Program-made: the position numbers and the translations under genes | Source: Hemiscyllium ocellatum | Taxonomy: Eukaryota | Direction: 5' to 3' | Assembly (NCBI RefSeq): GCF_020745735.1 | Contig: NC_083401.1 | Coordinates: forward strand, 44,017,740-44,081,739 | Length of the DNA stretch: 64,000 nucleotides | The notes under the pieces: model-generated | The model's input: only the letters and a program-made list of their open reading frames with translations | Told to the model about the DNA's origin: nothing | Databases searched by the model: none | Shown: piece after piece, positions 11,821 to 24,262 of the stretch | How positions within the stretch are numbered: the stretch's first letter is position 1 | Layout of the letters: every line of letters begins with the position of its first letter

Positions 11821-12210
11821 TTATCTATACCCACTGGCTTCATGCACAGATTTCCCCTTTGTTCTCGAATAGGTTCCACATTTTCCTTGGTAATCCTCTT
11901 CTTCTTTAATATACTTATCAAAACTCTTGAAGATTTCTTTGATCCCATCTTACCCTCTCTTTGCCCTCCTAATTTTTTTTGTAAGCTATCTTCCACACTG
12001 CTTTACTTTTGAAGGGCCCCCCCCTGTTTTTAATGTGCTGTACTTGACATGCGCATCCTTCTTTTTCTCTATTCCCTCTCATTATCCATTGATATCCAGG
12101 GTTTTCTGGATTTGCTGCTCTTGCCCTTCACCCTTAGTGAAATATGCTTTTAAAATCCTCCCAGAGGAGATGGTGTCAGAGTGGTAATGAACTTGGTTTG
12201 ATAACGCACT

Positions 12211-12870
12211 AGGTAAAGACAAGGACTGCAGATGCTGGAAACCAGAATCTCGATTAGAGTGGTGCTAGAAAAGCATAGCAGGTCAGGCAGCATCCGAGGA
12301 GCAGGAAAATTGACGTTTCAGGCAAAAGCCCTTCATCAGGAACAGAGGCAGGGTGCCTGCAGAGTGGAGAGATAAATGAAAAGGGGTGGGGGTGGGGAGA
12401 AAGTAGCATAGAGTACAATGGGTGAATGAGGGTGGGGATGAAGGTGATAGGTCAGAGAGGAGGGTGGAGTGGATAGGTGGAAAAGAAGATAGGCAGGTAG
12501 GACAGGTCATGAGGGCAGTGCTGAGCTGGAAGGCTGGAGCTGGGGTTAGGTGGGGGAAGGGGAAATGAGGAAACTGGTGAAATCCACATTGATGCCATGG
12601 GGTTGAAGTGTTGCGAGGCGAAAGATGAGGCATTCTTCCTCCAGGCATTGGGTGGTGAGGGAGCAGCGGTGGAGGAGGCCCATGTCCTCAGCAGAGTGGG
12701 AGGGGGAGTTGAAATGTTGGGCCACAGGGCGGTGGGGTTGATTGGTGCGGGTGTCCCAGAGATGTTCCCTAAAGCGCTCTGCTAGGAGGCGTCCCAGCTC
12801 CCCAACGTAAAGGAGACTGCATCGGGAGCAACAGATACAATAAATGATATTGGTGAATGTGGATTCAAAT
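12211..12870 (-). mobile_element. Penelope-like element (Neptune-type) GIY-YIG endonuclease and 3' terminus with hammerhead core
   Basis: NIIYCICCSRCSLLYVGELGRLLAERFREH..VAQHFNSPSH..LIFRLATLQPHGINVDF; minus 12309-12342 UUC-CUGAUGA-A-GGGC-UUUU-GCCU-GAAAC-GUC. Confidence 0.9.
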
Positions 12871-12881
12871 TTGGGACCCAA

Positions 12882-12980
12882 CTGTGGTGCAGTTGTAGTG
12901 TTCCTCCCCATAGACTGGTTCAAACCCCATCTGCTCCAGAGGTGTATGAAAATATTTCGGAACAGGTTGATTAGAAAAAT
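12882..12980 (+). mobile_element. Short tRNA-derived SINE
   Basis: GTGGTGCAGTTGTAG A box and GGTTCAAACCCC B box; relatives near 19215, 20460 (minus), 41000 (minus) and 51485. Confidence 0.55.
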
Positions 12981-14029
12981 AGGAGAATTTAAAAAAAACA
13001 TGCTCTCTCATTCAAAATGTAGACTTACCTACAATAGCTGCTCTCTGTCTATGTTTGCCAAAAGTTGTCTTCTCCCAGTTTAGTCATTTAACTTTTGCAC
13101 TATACTTATCCCTTTCCATCATGACTTTGAAACTTAGAGTTATGGTCACCATCCACAAAATACTCACCCACTGAAATTCACCCACTTGACCAGCTTCATT
13201 CCCTAGGATTCGGTCTAGCACTGCCCCATCTCTAGTAGGACTATCTATGTACTGGCACAAACAGCTCTCCTAGATGTATTTTAAAAGTTCCACCTCATCT
13301 AAACCTTTCACACAAAGGTGATTCCAATTAATGTTAGCAAAGTTGGAATCTCCTAGCAATTCACCAATTTTATCACTTAATTTCTGCACTATCCTGGTCC
13401 CTCTCTATAATAATTTTGAAACTTATAATGTTATGATCACTATCCCCAAAATGCTTACCCACTGAGGTGGTTGTTTCTGACTGGCGCCGATGTGGTGGGC
13501 CAATGCCATAAACCTCAATGACTTTAGGATGTGGGTTATGGTGAGACTTGTGGCAGAATTGGATGAGAAGTTGAGTGAGGCTGTTCAAGCATCACAGCCA
13601 ACCTACTCCATCTTTAAACTTCTCACAAGTGGCATGTCACGTTTCTTGCTGGGAAGCAGCAGATTTTCATTTAAAGGAATCAATTTTTGTTAAGTGGCTT
13701 GTTGATGGTCCAACTCACTTCAATAATATTCAACCTTGCGTCTTACCAAACAAACTAGGTGTCAAATAAATGCAACATTGGTATTGAAGCAAGCACCTGT
13801 GGTGAATTCATGTTGAACACCCGGCAGCAACAACCTCTCAGGGTATGGAACAGAGCAGCGGCCACACAGTCCCCAGATCCATGGATAATGGTGTCTGACA
13901 ACTGTCAGGCTTTAAGAACTCCCATGGGACATTTCCAGTCCAAGCACAATACTCCTTTTTACTTCAATGCTGCACCTTGGGCAGCACTAGCACTATCGTT
14001 TTAATGCTATTGCAAGGACCTTGAGCTCT

Positions 14030-14548
14030 CACGGACATAGAAACATAGGAGACAAGAGCAGAAGGGGGCCATTTGGTCCTTCAAGCCTGCTTCTCCATTC
14101 ATTGTGATTATGGCTGATCATCCAACTCAATAGCCTAATCCTGCTTTCTCTCCATAAGCTTTGATCCCATTCACCCCAAGTGCTATATCTGGCTGCCTCT
14201 TGAATACGTCCAATGTTTTGGCATGAACTATCTTTTGTGGTACTGAATTCCACAGGCTCACCACTCCTTGAGTGAAGAAAGATGTCCTTATCTCCATCTT
14301 AAATGATCCACCCCGAATCCTTAGACTGTGACCCCTGGTTCTGGACACACCTACCATTGGGATCATCCTCCCTGCATCTACCCTGTCTGGTTCTATTTGA
14401 ATTTTATAAGTCTCAATGAGATTCCCCCTCATTCGTCTGAACTCCAGTGAAAGCAATCGATCTCTCTTCATACTCAATCCCCCCATCCCCAGAATCAGCA
14501 TGGTAAATCTTCACTGCATTTCCTCAAGAGCAAGAGCATCCTTCCCAC
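14030..14548 (-). mobile_element. CR1 LINE 3' end
   Basis: SLEFRRMRGNLIETYKI..SRTRGHSLRIRG..VVSLWNSVPQ (14127-14501). Confidence 0.9.
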
Positions 14549-14737
14549 TAGGGACTGGTCTGGATATATCTCTGAGCTCTTCAATCACTGTCACAGTGTT
14601 CACTCACTCAGTTGCACACAACATGCTTTGCATTTTGCTCCCTCAGCCACTGATATGGGGTTTCTGCCTTGTCTTGCCATTTAGCACAGACATAAAGGTA
14701 GGAAGCTCATCATGGTTCTAAGCAGGGGAAAAAAAAA

Positions 14738-14850
14738 AATCGAAAGAACTGCAGATGTTGGAAATCTGAAATGAGAACAGAAATTGCTAGAAAATCTCAG
14801 CAGGTCTGGCAGCATCTGTGGAGAGAAATCAAAGTTAACATTTCAGGTCC
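14738..14850 (-). mobile_element. PLE-terminus mini-element, family B
   Basis: GAACTGCAGATGTTGGAAATCTGAAA..CTCAGCAGGTCTGGCAGCATCTGTGGAGAGAAA. Confidence 0.7.
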
Positions 14851-15137
14851 ATCGCTTTAATTCAGTCAAGCAAGATAGTTTTTTCTAGGGGGTCCTGGCA
14901 AACAAATCAAGGGCAACATCAGATACCAGTCCAGGGACTTGGAAATGGTCAGATGATGGAAGTGTGTGACACTGCCAGCAAATAAGATTAGTGATGTTGG
15001 ATGTCAGAGTAGGTGACAGTGAGTGAGAGATGATGTTGTAGAGAATAGTAGGAACAGTAGAGTATGACTTTAGTGGGAGGTCGATCCAAGAGCAGAGAGA
15101 GACTGAATGTGAGGTACCAGAGAGGAAAAGATGGTGG

Positions 15138-15420
15138 CACTTACACAATGAAGGTCATTGATCTTCTTCCCACCAGGCTGCTGTTCTTCTTGACAATTGG
15201 GATTACAGTGACCCACATGGCAATCTGAGAGGAAGCTGGCATGGTCAGGTATTGTGGCTTCCACTTGTAGCCCTATAGAAAGAAAAAGGTCCATTTTGCT
15301 CCATCCCATTCTGCAGAGACCTGTCCAAAGAATGAGGGCATCAATTTCCCCTGCCTGCCATATCCAGGGCAAGTACAGGGCCACTCTGGACTGATTTTGC
15401 TTGCCCGGATGCAAGACAGA
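15138..15420 (-). mobile_element. Harbinger-associated Myb/SANT-like ORF exon relic
   Basis: Frameshifted TMPASSQIAMWVTVIPIVKKN / QQPGGKKINDL, followed by a GTAAGT donor; resembles the MADF/SANT motif W..IA..V...R..QQCRKK.NDL. Confidence 0.5.
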
Positions 15421-16271
15421 TTTCTAACGATGCATGGGATGCAAGGGATTTCAGGATATCAGCTCAATGTCAAGTTCTGGGAATGGTGTATGGTAAGATG
15501 GGGCCTGAATCAGAGATGACAGACAGCATAGCTGCAGCGTAGGTGGCTTATAGCCTGAGTTAGGTAAGATACATTAAGAAAGCTTGCTAGACTTTCTGAC
15601 AGGGAGTCATCTGAGAACTTCAATACAACTCAGACTTTGCCAGAATTCAACTCTAGAGATTCAGCTCTAGAGACTTAAATGCAAACTAACCACTATACTT
15701 TTACTTTAAAGATTAAAAATACTCACCAATCCTACTCATTAATTACTTGTTTTATTTAGGCAAAAGCAACCAATCACCTCTTTCCTTCTTCCACCTCACT
15801 TCTTGAGACACTTAATTCTCACAACAATTGTGAGTTATACTCAAGTGCCAACTTGTACTAAGTTGGCTACTTATATATGCTACTAACACAACCGCCTATC
15901 TAATGAGATTGGTCTTAGTCAGTTCTTAATTAATCCACTCTTTACCTGCCAATCATTGGGGAAAAAAAAACCTTCAGGCTAGCAAGTACAAGATTTAAAT
16001 TGTAGATTTCAATTCAACACTAACTACAAAATACATGAAGCTAATCTAGATTTATATAAATTAAAGAATTAGACATTCTTACCCAACAACTGCACACATT
16101 ATCTTGGTGTACATCGTCAGTAGTGTTGTTACCCTATTGAAATCCTCACACAAACTCTCCTTTCTCTCTGGTCGAGGGCTGCAGCCTGCTTGAGCCAGTA
16201 ATTCACAACAAGCAGATCCCAATTCTGCCCAACATTCACTGAGGTTATTCACCCGAGTGAAGAAACCCTGA

Positions 16272-16467
16272 GAGGGAGACAGTGAGGTCTACAAATACTG
16301 GAGATCAGAGTTGAGAGTGTGTTGCTCGAAAAGCACAGCAGGTCAGGCAGCATCCGAGGAGCAGGAAAATCGACGTTTCGGGTCAGAGCCCTTGCCCGAA
16401 ATGTTGATTTTCTTGCTCCTTGGATGCTGCCTGACCTGCTGTGTTTTTCCAGCAACAAACTCAAAAT
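16272..16467. mobile_element. Fold-back PLE mini-element, family A
   Basis: Inverted arms of about 70 bp; TSD GAAACCCTGA / GAAACTCTGA (16262-16271 / 16468-16477). Confidence 0.85.
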
Positions 16468-18119
16468 GAAACTCTGATAACTGGACTCCCTGGTCCCCTG
16501 GCCCTACCTGCTTCTGAGGATTTACCTTGAGAGCTTCCTGGACGCATGCAAAGGAATGACTATTTTGTCAACCTCCACCAGTAATGCCTCCCACCCTGCA
16601 TCAACGGGTACACAGGGCCTTACATTTTCTGAATGGTCCATTCATGCAGTTCATTCTTGCAGCCATTGTGTTAGTGCATGCAGTCCACCGAATCTCCCTT
16701 CTGTTTTGTACAACTTCCTTGTAAGAGGGCTGGACTTAAAAAAGAGCAGGATGCTACATGGTGCACTTTGAGGGCATCTTGCTTGTCCCATCTCTCAGCA
16801 TGCAGGTAGCCATGACCACAGACCCTAATAGGACCAATGTTAACTCCAATCATATAATTGCAGAAGCAGTGCAGTTTCAAAAAATGCCTGCCTCTATAAG
16901 GGGCAGGCCCAGGGTTACAATCAATGAGATCAAAATCATGTGCAGGCAAAGTTTGAGCCCAGAAAGTTAATGAGCATTCATTTGTGTGTAGCCTTTTGCA
17001 CTTATATGAAATTAAAGTTTCATCTTCCATTAAAAACAATATACACAGGAGTGTAGTCTGAGCACATGAAAGGTTTGGATATCAATATTACTAATAGGAA
17101 TTTCTTCCCTGCTGTCTCCAATTAGCAGATAAATTATTTAATTTCTTCTGGTGGCACTCTACTTAATACACTCAATGAAATAGTGTGAAGGAATTTTATA
17201 CAAGGTGTTACCATAGAAATGTGACCTCCTTATTCCCCAGTTGGTGCTTAAATCTTTGGAGCGATTAAGAGTGTCACCACAATACCTCCCATAGGAAAAT
17301 ATTTGTATACCTTTTATTAAGATTTACATTTCTCAAAGTGAGGAATATTATTTCTGAGGAATGTGTATTCCTCTAATGTTGGAGCCAACAGTGAACAGCA
17401 ATTTTCTAGTTAGGAATTGGGAACGTAAGCCTTGAGAACATTGATCATTAAGGCTTGTGTATTAAGACGTCTGCTGTTATTTCTCTTTAGACTAATTAAT
17501 TACATATTCATGATATCAGTTCTTTGAATGCTGAGATTGTAATGTCTTAATGTCAGTCATTCTTTACTCTTGGTGCATTCTTCATTTTTCTAGGCTGTCA
17601 TTTCAGTGTAATGATGACAGATGTTGAATTATTAGAATTTCAATTTGCATGAGAATGATGTAATACCTAAATTGTCAGATGATTCAGACAGAATCCAATT
17701 GCACACTTCCGCCTTGTCACCGTGGCTGGGCTGAGCTGACTGTAGATCCAGCTTTGGCCACTGTTCCAAGTGGGGCTACTGGGACAAAAGAGTTGGCTGG
17801 CATTTCCTATGGCAAGACTACTTACATTTAATTGGCAAAAACTCCAAATATAGGCAATTAAATGCTTCTAAGATTTAGGGTTTCTAGAGCCAAAGACTCT
17901 AAAGGCAGGCAATTGAATGCACATAAGTAATTTTAAGAAGGTCTATTTAATTTAGTAAGAAGCATCAGTACTGAAAGGATACATTAGCTAAATAGATAAG
18001 AAAAGTCTCTGGCTCTTCTCAGTTCAAAGTCCCAGGGGATGTACAGATGGTTTGTGCAGTGTGTGTTAACCTCGGTAACTTGTAATGGCAGCATTCTGTT
18101 CCTCAGTCAAAGTGATACA

Positions 18120-18245
18120 GAATAAAAGTGAAATGCTGTAGATGTTAGAAAGGTGAAGTAAACACAGGGATTTCTGGTGAAAGTCAGCCTGTCTAGCAGC
18201 ATCTGTGGAGAGAAAGAAAAACAGTCTGATATAACTTTTCTTCAC
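18120..18245 (-). mobile_element. Decayed PLE-terminus mini-element, family B
   Basis: AGTCAGCCTGTCTAGCAGCATCTGTGGAGAGAAA motif. Confidence 0.55.
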
Positions 18246-18249
18246 AATG

Positions 18250-18800
18250 TGATAGAGAACTCTGCCTATTCTTCATGGATCTTCCCTGGTCTTCCTCCAT
18301 CTGAAAAAAATGATTTCCTTATTTTTAACAAAGACCCCTAGTTCTAAATTATTCCATAAGAGGAAACCATCTCTCCATACTTAACCTGTCCAGACTCCTC
18401 AGGCTCTTTTATGTTTCAATCAACTCACCTATTACAGTTCCAAGTCTATCTGTCCAACCGTCCCTCATAAGATAACCTACTCCATTCCAGATATTAGTCT
18501 GGTAAACTTTCTCTGAATTGCTTTCAATCTTTCTTTGAATAAAATGACTAATATTGTACACAATACACCAGACTTGGTCTCACCAATGTCTTTTGTAATT
18601 GAATGATAAGCTCCCTACTGTTGTATACAATTTCATTAACTGATATAAAAGGACATTCAGATCTCTTTGTACATCCACATTTCTAATATACCACTATTTA
18701 AAGAATATTTGACCTTTCTGTTTTGTAAACTGAAATACATAGCTTCACATTTAGCCAAGTTTAATTCAACTGCCATATGTTTGCCAACTCACTTAACTTG
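18250..18800 (-). mobile_element. Old CR1 fragment
   Basis: ACACAATACACCAGACTTGGTCTCACCAATG is the reverse complement of the LVRP.L.YCVQ motif. Confidence 0.65.
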
Positions 18801-19039
18801 TTACATGGTGATTGTGCTACACCACGTGATTAGGATACTGTCAGTGTGAATACGGGACTTTGTCTCCACAAGGACACTGGTTGATCACACCATCCAATAA
18901 TGTTAAAGGCAGATGCATCTTCAACAGGCAACTTGATGAGAACATGAGCAAGTCTGTTTCACCCTGTGTTAATTCTCTCGCCATCTGCGATCTGGCTCAT
19001 ATGTCCTTCAGAACTTGACCAACTCGAAAAGTAGTTGAA

Positions 19040-19570
19040 TAAAAATGGGAAGTGCTGGAAACATCAGCAGATTTGACAAACTAATAGTTCAGATCAAAAC
19101 CATAAGTTGCTGGAGAAACTCAGCAGATCTGACACTATCTGTAGACAGAAAGTAGAGTTAGTATTTCAGATCCCGTAATCTTTCATCAGAATTGGAAGAA
19201 GGGTTGTCAAGATGCTGTTAAGGCACAGTAGTAGTGTACTGATCTTTGAGCTAGAAAGTATGGGTTCAATGTCCCACCTGCTATAAAGGTGTGTAGTAAC
19301 CTCTGAGCAGGTTAAACAGGTGAAGCCACAAAGAGGATATTACTTGTATGCCAAATAGCAGAAATAAATGATAGGTACCCTTGGAAGAAGTTGGAAAAGT
19401 AATAAATTTTGAGCAAGTGAGAGAAGTGTGGGTTAGAAGAGGATCGAAACAAAATGTTTCTGATTGGACAGCAGGGATACACAACAAAACTTTCATGGTG
19501 CAATGCCAAAGGAAGCAGTAATAAGATAAGCAACACAGCAAAGGGTGTGTCTAAATGAGAGGTTATCATA
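19040..19570 (-). mobile_element. PLE terminus relic (family B) containing an inverted templated insertion
   Basis: GCTGGAGAAACTCAGCAGATCTG..CTTTCATCAGAA motif; insertion 19199-19377. Confidence 0.55.
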
Positions 19571-19584
19571 GAATGAGGTTGTTA

Positions 19585-19870
19585 TCATAGAGTCCCCACA
19601 GTGCAAATAAAGACTAATTGGCCCATCTGAAGAGTGTCCCACCCAGAACCACTCTATCCCCACTACCCCACATTATCCATAGTTAATTCTACAGGGCAGT
19701 TTAGTATGGCCAATCTACCTAACCTACACATTTTAGGGAGGGTTTAGAGGGATTTGGATTAAATGTGGCAAATGGGACTAGATTAACTCAGGATATTTGG
19801 TCGACATGGACGAGTTAGACCAAAGAGTCTGTTCCCGTGCTGTACATCTCCAAAATTCTATGGCTGCTCT
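19585..19870. mobile_element. HE1 3' fragment (minus) abutting a CR1 3' end (plus)
   Basis: GGGCAGTTTAGTATGGCCAAT, then GGGTTTAGAGGGA..AAATGGGACTAGAT. Confidence 0.7.
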
Positions 19871-20044
19871 TTACATCTCATCTAGATGAGGGTGGAAATT
19901 AATGCCACCAATGTGGCAAGTTTGGTGGCAGAGGCATGACTTAATGGGGCAGAATGGTGACAGAGGAGGACTAACTCCTTCCTGTTTTTACACTGATTAA
20001 GCACATGGTGGGATGACTCTCATTTCATCTCATGGGCTACACTC

Positions 20045-20140
20045 AAAGCTTGTGATTTTAAATAAACCTGTTGGACTATAACCTGGTGCCATGTGATTTC
20101 TGACTTAGTCAACCCCAGTCCAACACCAGCACAGCCACAT
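20045..20140 (+). mobile_element. PLE-terminus mini-element, family C
   Basis: AAAGCTTGTG..TAAACCTGTTGGACTATAACCTGGTG motif. Confidence 0.7.
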
Positions 20141-20144
20141 TATT

Positions 20145-21310
20145 TATGTGCTGGGCAATGTTTCACAATTTCTGTGTAGGTGCCAGTGTTGTAACTGTAC
20201 TGGGAAGAGCTTGGCCGGGTCATGGCAAGTTCTGGAGTAAGTCTTGAATTATTTCTAAATGTTGTTGGGTCCATAGTTTTTAGTAGTTTCTGCTGTTTCT
20301 TGATTATCGTTGGAATGAATTAACCACCACCAATCTCAAATTGATCTGACTTAACTGCAGAGCTTGGATCTGATCCAATGGTTACAGAATTGCTCAGCTC
20401 TACCTATCATTTACTGTTTCTGCTATTTGGCATATAAGTAGTAGCCTCTTTGTGGCTTCACCTATTTAACCTGTTCAGAGGTGTTACTACACACCTTTAC
20501 AGCAGGTGGGACATTGAACCCATACTTTCTAGCTCAAAGATCAGTACATTACTACTATACCTTAACAGCACGCTGACAACCCTTTTTAAGGTATGTCTGG
20601 TGTTCCTTCTGGCATGCTCTCTTGCACTGTTTATTGAATTAGGGTTGATACCCTGGCTTGATGATGGTGGAGTAGGATATACAATGCCATGAGGTTACTG
20701 ATTGGAGTTTTTTGTTGCTGCTGATAGGCCCCATGGATGCCCAGTCATGAGTTGCCCAATCTGTTTGAATTTCGCATGGTGATAGTGTCAAACAACATGG
20801 AATGTTCCCTTAATGTGAAGATAGGACTTCACTTTCTAATCTTTGTGGAGACAGTAACTCTTACCTATTCTGTCTTGGATGGTTGCATTTATATAAGGCA
20901 GTTCATTGAACATGTAGTCAATTATGTTTTTCCTGCTTCTTGGTTCCATCACTACCTGTTGCAGATTCAACCTAACAGTTATGCCCTTTTGTGCTGGCTC
21001 AGTACAGACACTAAGCCAGTCTTAGCAATGAACATTGAAATCCCAAACCCCAGAGAACAATGTGCTCTTGTCACTGTTCATGCTACCTCAAAATGTTGCT
21101 CCACATTATCTACCCAACAGGAGATAGGAATATGCACAGTAATCAGGAGGATTCCTTGCTCGTGTTTAACTAGATGCCGTGAGACTTCATGGGATCTGAA
21201 GCCAATGTTGAGGGCTCCCAGTGCTACTCCCTTGACTGAAATACCTCAGTTACACCACCTTTAGTGTTGGTGTCTGGGACGTGGTGTGTAATGTGTGATT
21301 AAAAGTATGA
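20145..21310 (-). mobile_element. CR1-clade LINE relic (APE and linker) with an internal short SINE
   Basis: Minus LGFGDFNVH motif near 21030-21050; same family as 22590-23660. Confidence 0.6.
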
Positions 21311-21514
21311 CTGTCAGACCGTTGTCTCTAGTGCTTTAGTTGATACTGTAGTCTATCCAGTTTCAATTGATCTAGGTCTGGGATCATATGTAGGCAAGAC
21401 CAAATAAGGACAGCAGTTTTCTTCTGAGTTAAGAATGGACATCTGTGATGGATTTCAAACCAAGGGATGCTGCACCAATTACTGCCTGCAAACTTGGAAT
21501 AAATAGACTATTTA

Positions 21515-21700
21515 GGCTGCCAGAGGAAATGGCGGAGGTTGGAACAATTGCAAAATTTAAAAGGCATCTGGATGGCTTTATGAATAGGAAGGGTTTGGAG
21601 GGATATGGGCCAGGTGGTGGCAGGTGGGACTAGATTGGGTTGGGATATCTGGTCGGCATGGACGAGTCCATGCTGTACATCTCTATGGCTCTATGACTCA
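21515..21700 (+). mobile_element. CR1 3' end
   Basis: LPEEMAEVGTIAKFKRHLDGFMNRKGLEGYGPGGGRWD followed by a CTCTATG tail. Confidence 0.9.
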
Positions 21701-21799
21701 ATGACTTATGGATGATCTTCTGTCTCCTCTACTAATTATAGCATTAATTGCAGATAATACTGTTTCATCTCAATGCCACTGTTAGAGGATATAATAACA

Positions 21800-22430
21800 T
21801 AAAGTCATAGAGCTAAACAGCACAGAAGCAGACCCTTCACTCAAACTCATCCATGCCAACCAGATATCCTAAATTAATCTAGTCCCATTTGCCAGCAGTT
21901 GTCCCATGTCCCTCGAAACCCTCCCTATTCATGCAGCCACCCAGATGCCTTTTAAATGCTGTGATTGTACCAACCTCCATCACTTCCTCTGGCAGTCCAT
22001 TCAACACATGCACCACAATTTGCATGAAAAAGTTGCCCCTTAGGTCCATTTTAAATCTTTCCCCTCTCACCTTAAACCTTATACCCTCTAGTTTTGGACA
22101 TTCCTATCCTGGGAAAAAGTCCTTCGCCATTCCCTCTATCCATGCCTCCCATGATTTTATAAATCTCTGTAAGTCACTCCTCAGCTTTCAATGATCCAGG
22201 GAACACAGCCCCAGCACAATCAGCCACTCCTTATAGCGAAAACTGTCCAATCCTGGCTACATTCTTGCAAATCTTTTCTGAACCTTTAAAGTCAACTAAA
22301 ATCTTTCCTATGGTAGGGAGGCCAGAATTGAATCCACAACTCCAAAAGTGGCCTAACCAATGTCCTGTACAGCTGCAACATGACCTCCCAACTCTTATAT
22401 TCAATGCCCTGACCAATGAAGGCAAGCGTG
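21800..22430 (-). mobile_element. CR1 3' fragment
   Basis: ORFs 21879-22070 and 22292-22492 (VMLQLYRTLVRPLLELWIQFWPP). Confidence 0.9.
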
Positions 22431-22589
22431 CTATATGGGAGGTCAGAAAATCGTTGGAGTTTGCATGCAGTCTTCCAGGGAGGATGCTGCACTCAAAGAC
22501 ACCTACTGCCTGATCATGTGCAGGATTATTGGGTGGTGGGAGAAAGGTGCTGGTGACTTTTCTGGCATTTTGTTTTTCTTGGTTCATGT

Positions 22590-23660
22590 GAGTGGATATT
22601 GTTGTGTGGACCAGCATTTATTGTTCATCCCAAGTTACCCTGGAGACCGTGGTGGTGAGCTGCTTCTTGAACTACTACAGTTTATTTCCTATTAACCAAG
22701 ATGTTACTAGGCAGGGATTTCTACTTTTTCAACCCAATGACACTGAAAGATCAACAATATATTTCCAACTCAGAAAGATGAGTGGTGAAAGGGAAATTTG
22801 CATGTCATGGTATTCCTAGGTAGCTATTGCTCTCACCTCTCTAGATGGTAGTGGTCATGTGTCTGGAATAGTGAATTTCTGTAGAGTATCTTGCAGAACG
22901 TATGTATTGCTGCTAGTGAATGTCAGTGGTGGAGAATAAAAAATTTTGGACATGGTGCCAATCAAGTGAGATGCTTTGTCCTGGATGATGTCAAGTTTCT
23001 TGAGTGTTGTTGGAGCTGCACCTATCCAGGTAAGTGGGGAATATTCCATCACACTCCTGACTTATACATTGTAGATGATGGACTGGCTTTAGAGAGTCCA
23101 GAGATGCATTGCTTGCCACTGAATTCTCAGCTTCTGATTTGGAGATGCCAGTGTTGGACTGGGGTGTACAAAGTTAAAAATCACACAATACCAGGTTATA
23201 GTTCAACAGGTTTAATTGGAAGCACAACCATCTGATGAAGGAGTGGAAGCTAGTGCTTCCAATTAAACCTGTTGGACTATAACCTGGTGTTGTGGGATTT
23301 TTAACTCAGCTTCTGAGCTGTTTTTGTAGCCACAGTATTCATATAGTGAACCCATTTCTAGTCAATGGTGACTGCCAAAATGTTCTAAGTGGGGGGCTCA
23401 GCAATGATAATGCCATTGAATATCAATGGAAGCTGGTTAGGTTCTTGCTTGTTGGAGATGGTTATTTTCTGGTGCTAATGTTACTTCCCACTTATCAGCT
23501 CAGGCCTAGATGTTGTCAGGTCTTGCTGCATTTGAACACAGACTATTTCAGTATCTAAGGAGTTGCAAATGGTGATGGAGGGAAGATGAAGCAGCTGAAG
23601 ATGATTGAGCCTCAGACGCTACTGTGAGGAACTCCTGCAGAGATGTCTGAAGCTTTGTAA
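22590..23660 (-). mobile_element. CR1-clade LINE 3' fragment (second family)
   Basis: MMEYSPLTWIGAAPTTLKKLDIIQDKASHLIG and ISAGVPHSSV. Confidence 0.8.
23138..23304. mobile_element. Fold-back PLE mini-element, family C
   Basis: Inverted arms AAAAATCACACAA.ACCAGGTTATAGT.CAACAGGTTTAATTGGAAGCAC; partial CUGAUGA core; perfect 12-bp TSD CTCAGCTTCTGA (23126-23137 / 23305-23316). Confidence 0.85.
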
Positions 23661-23669
23661 GTTGCTCTC

Positions 23670-23966
23670 ACAGAATCTCTACCGTGCAGAAAGAGGCCAT
23701 TCAGCCTATCAAGTCTGCACCACGCCTCCAAAGAGTATCCCACCATTTCAGCCCTCCGCCCTATCCTCATATCCTTGCATTTAGCATGGCCAATCCATCT
23801 AAACTGCATACATTTGAACTGTGGGAGGAAACCAAAGCAACTGGATGAATCTCTCGCAGATACAGGGAGAACATGCAAACTCCACACAGACAGCCACCCA
23901 AGAGTGGAATCGAACCTATGTCCCTAGCACTTTGAGGCAGCAAAGCTAGCCACTAAGCCACCATGC
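23670..23966 (-). mobile_element. HE1-type V-SINE (older copy)
   Basis: V-domain and tRNA head. Confidence 0.85.
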
Positions 23967-24262
23967 TAAACAAATGTCAAGCCCTTGGCATTGACCTCAG
24001 TTTTGATCTCAAATAGTGCAAGGTTAGGTTCCAACGAGCAGAGATTTTTCACCCTGACTCCCATTTGCTAATTATTGTCAATTCACTTAATCTTCCAGTA
24101 TCTCTTTGTAAGTCTATGCATCCATCTATAATACTCACAATGTTGACTGTCTTTGTTTCATTGATAAATCTGTGTTTCTGGCTTTTTATCACACCGTCTC
24201 AGTCATTAACAAAATGGTGCATAGTTGAAGTGTTGAAAGAAATCTTGTGGACACTATTAGTA

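Larger units (their letters stand above)
9700..13465 (-). mobile_element. Long CR1 LINE ORF2 relic split by nested SINE and PLE insertions
   Basis: RT region 9700-11070; KKKRITKENVEPIREQRGNLC (11796-11996); APE motif VGKHFGDSDHNIISFKI (about 13400-13465); pieces are colinear. Confidence 0.7.

Noticed and set aside
13470-14020. Gypsy gag-like PARNVTCHL on minus
   Set aside because: Single weak motif with an incomplete zinc knuckle
20737-21264. 175-aa plus-strand ORF
   Set aside because: Antisense shadow of a decayed LINE endonuclease region
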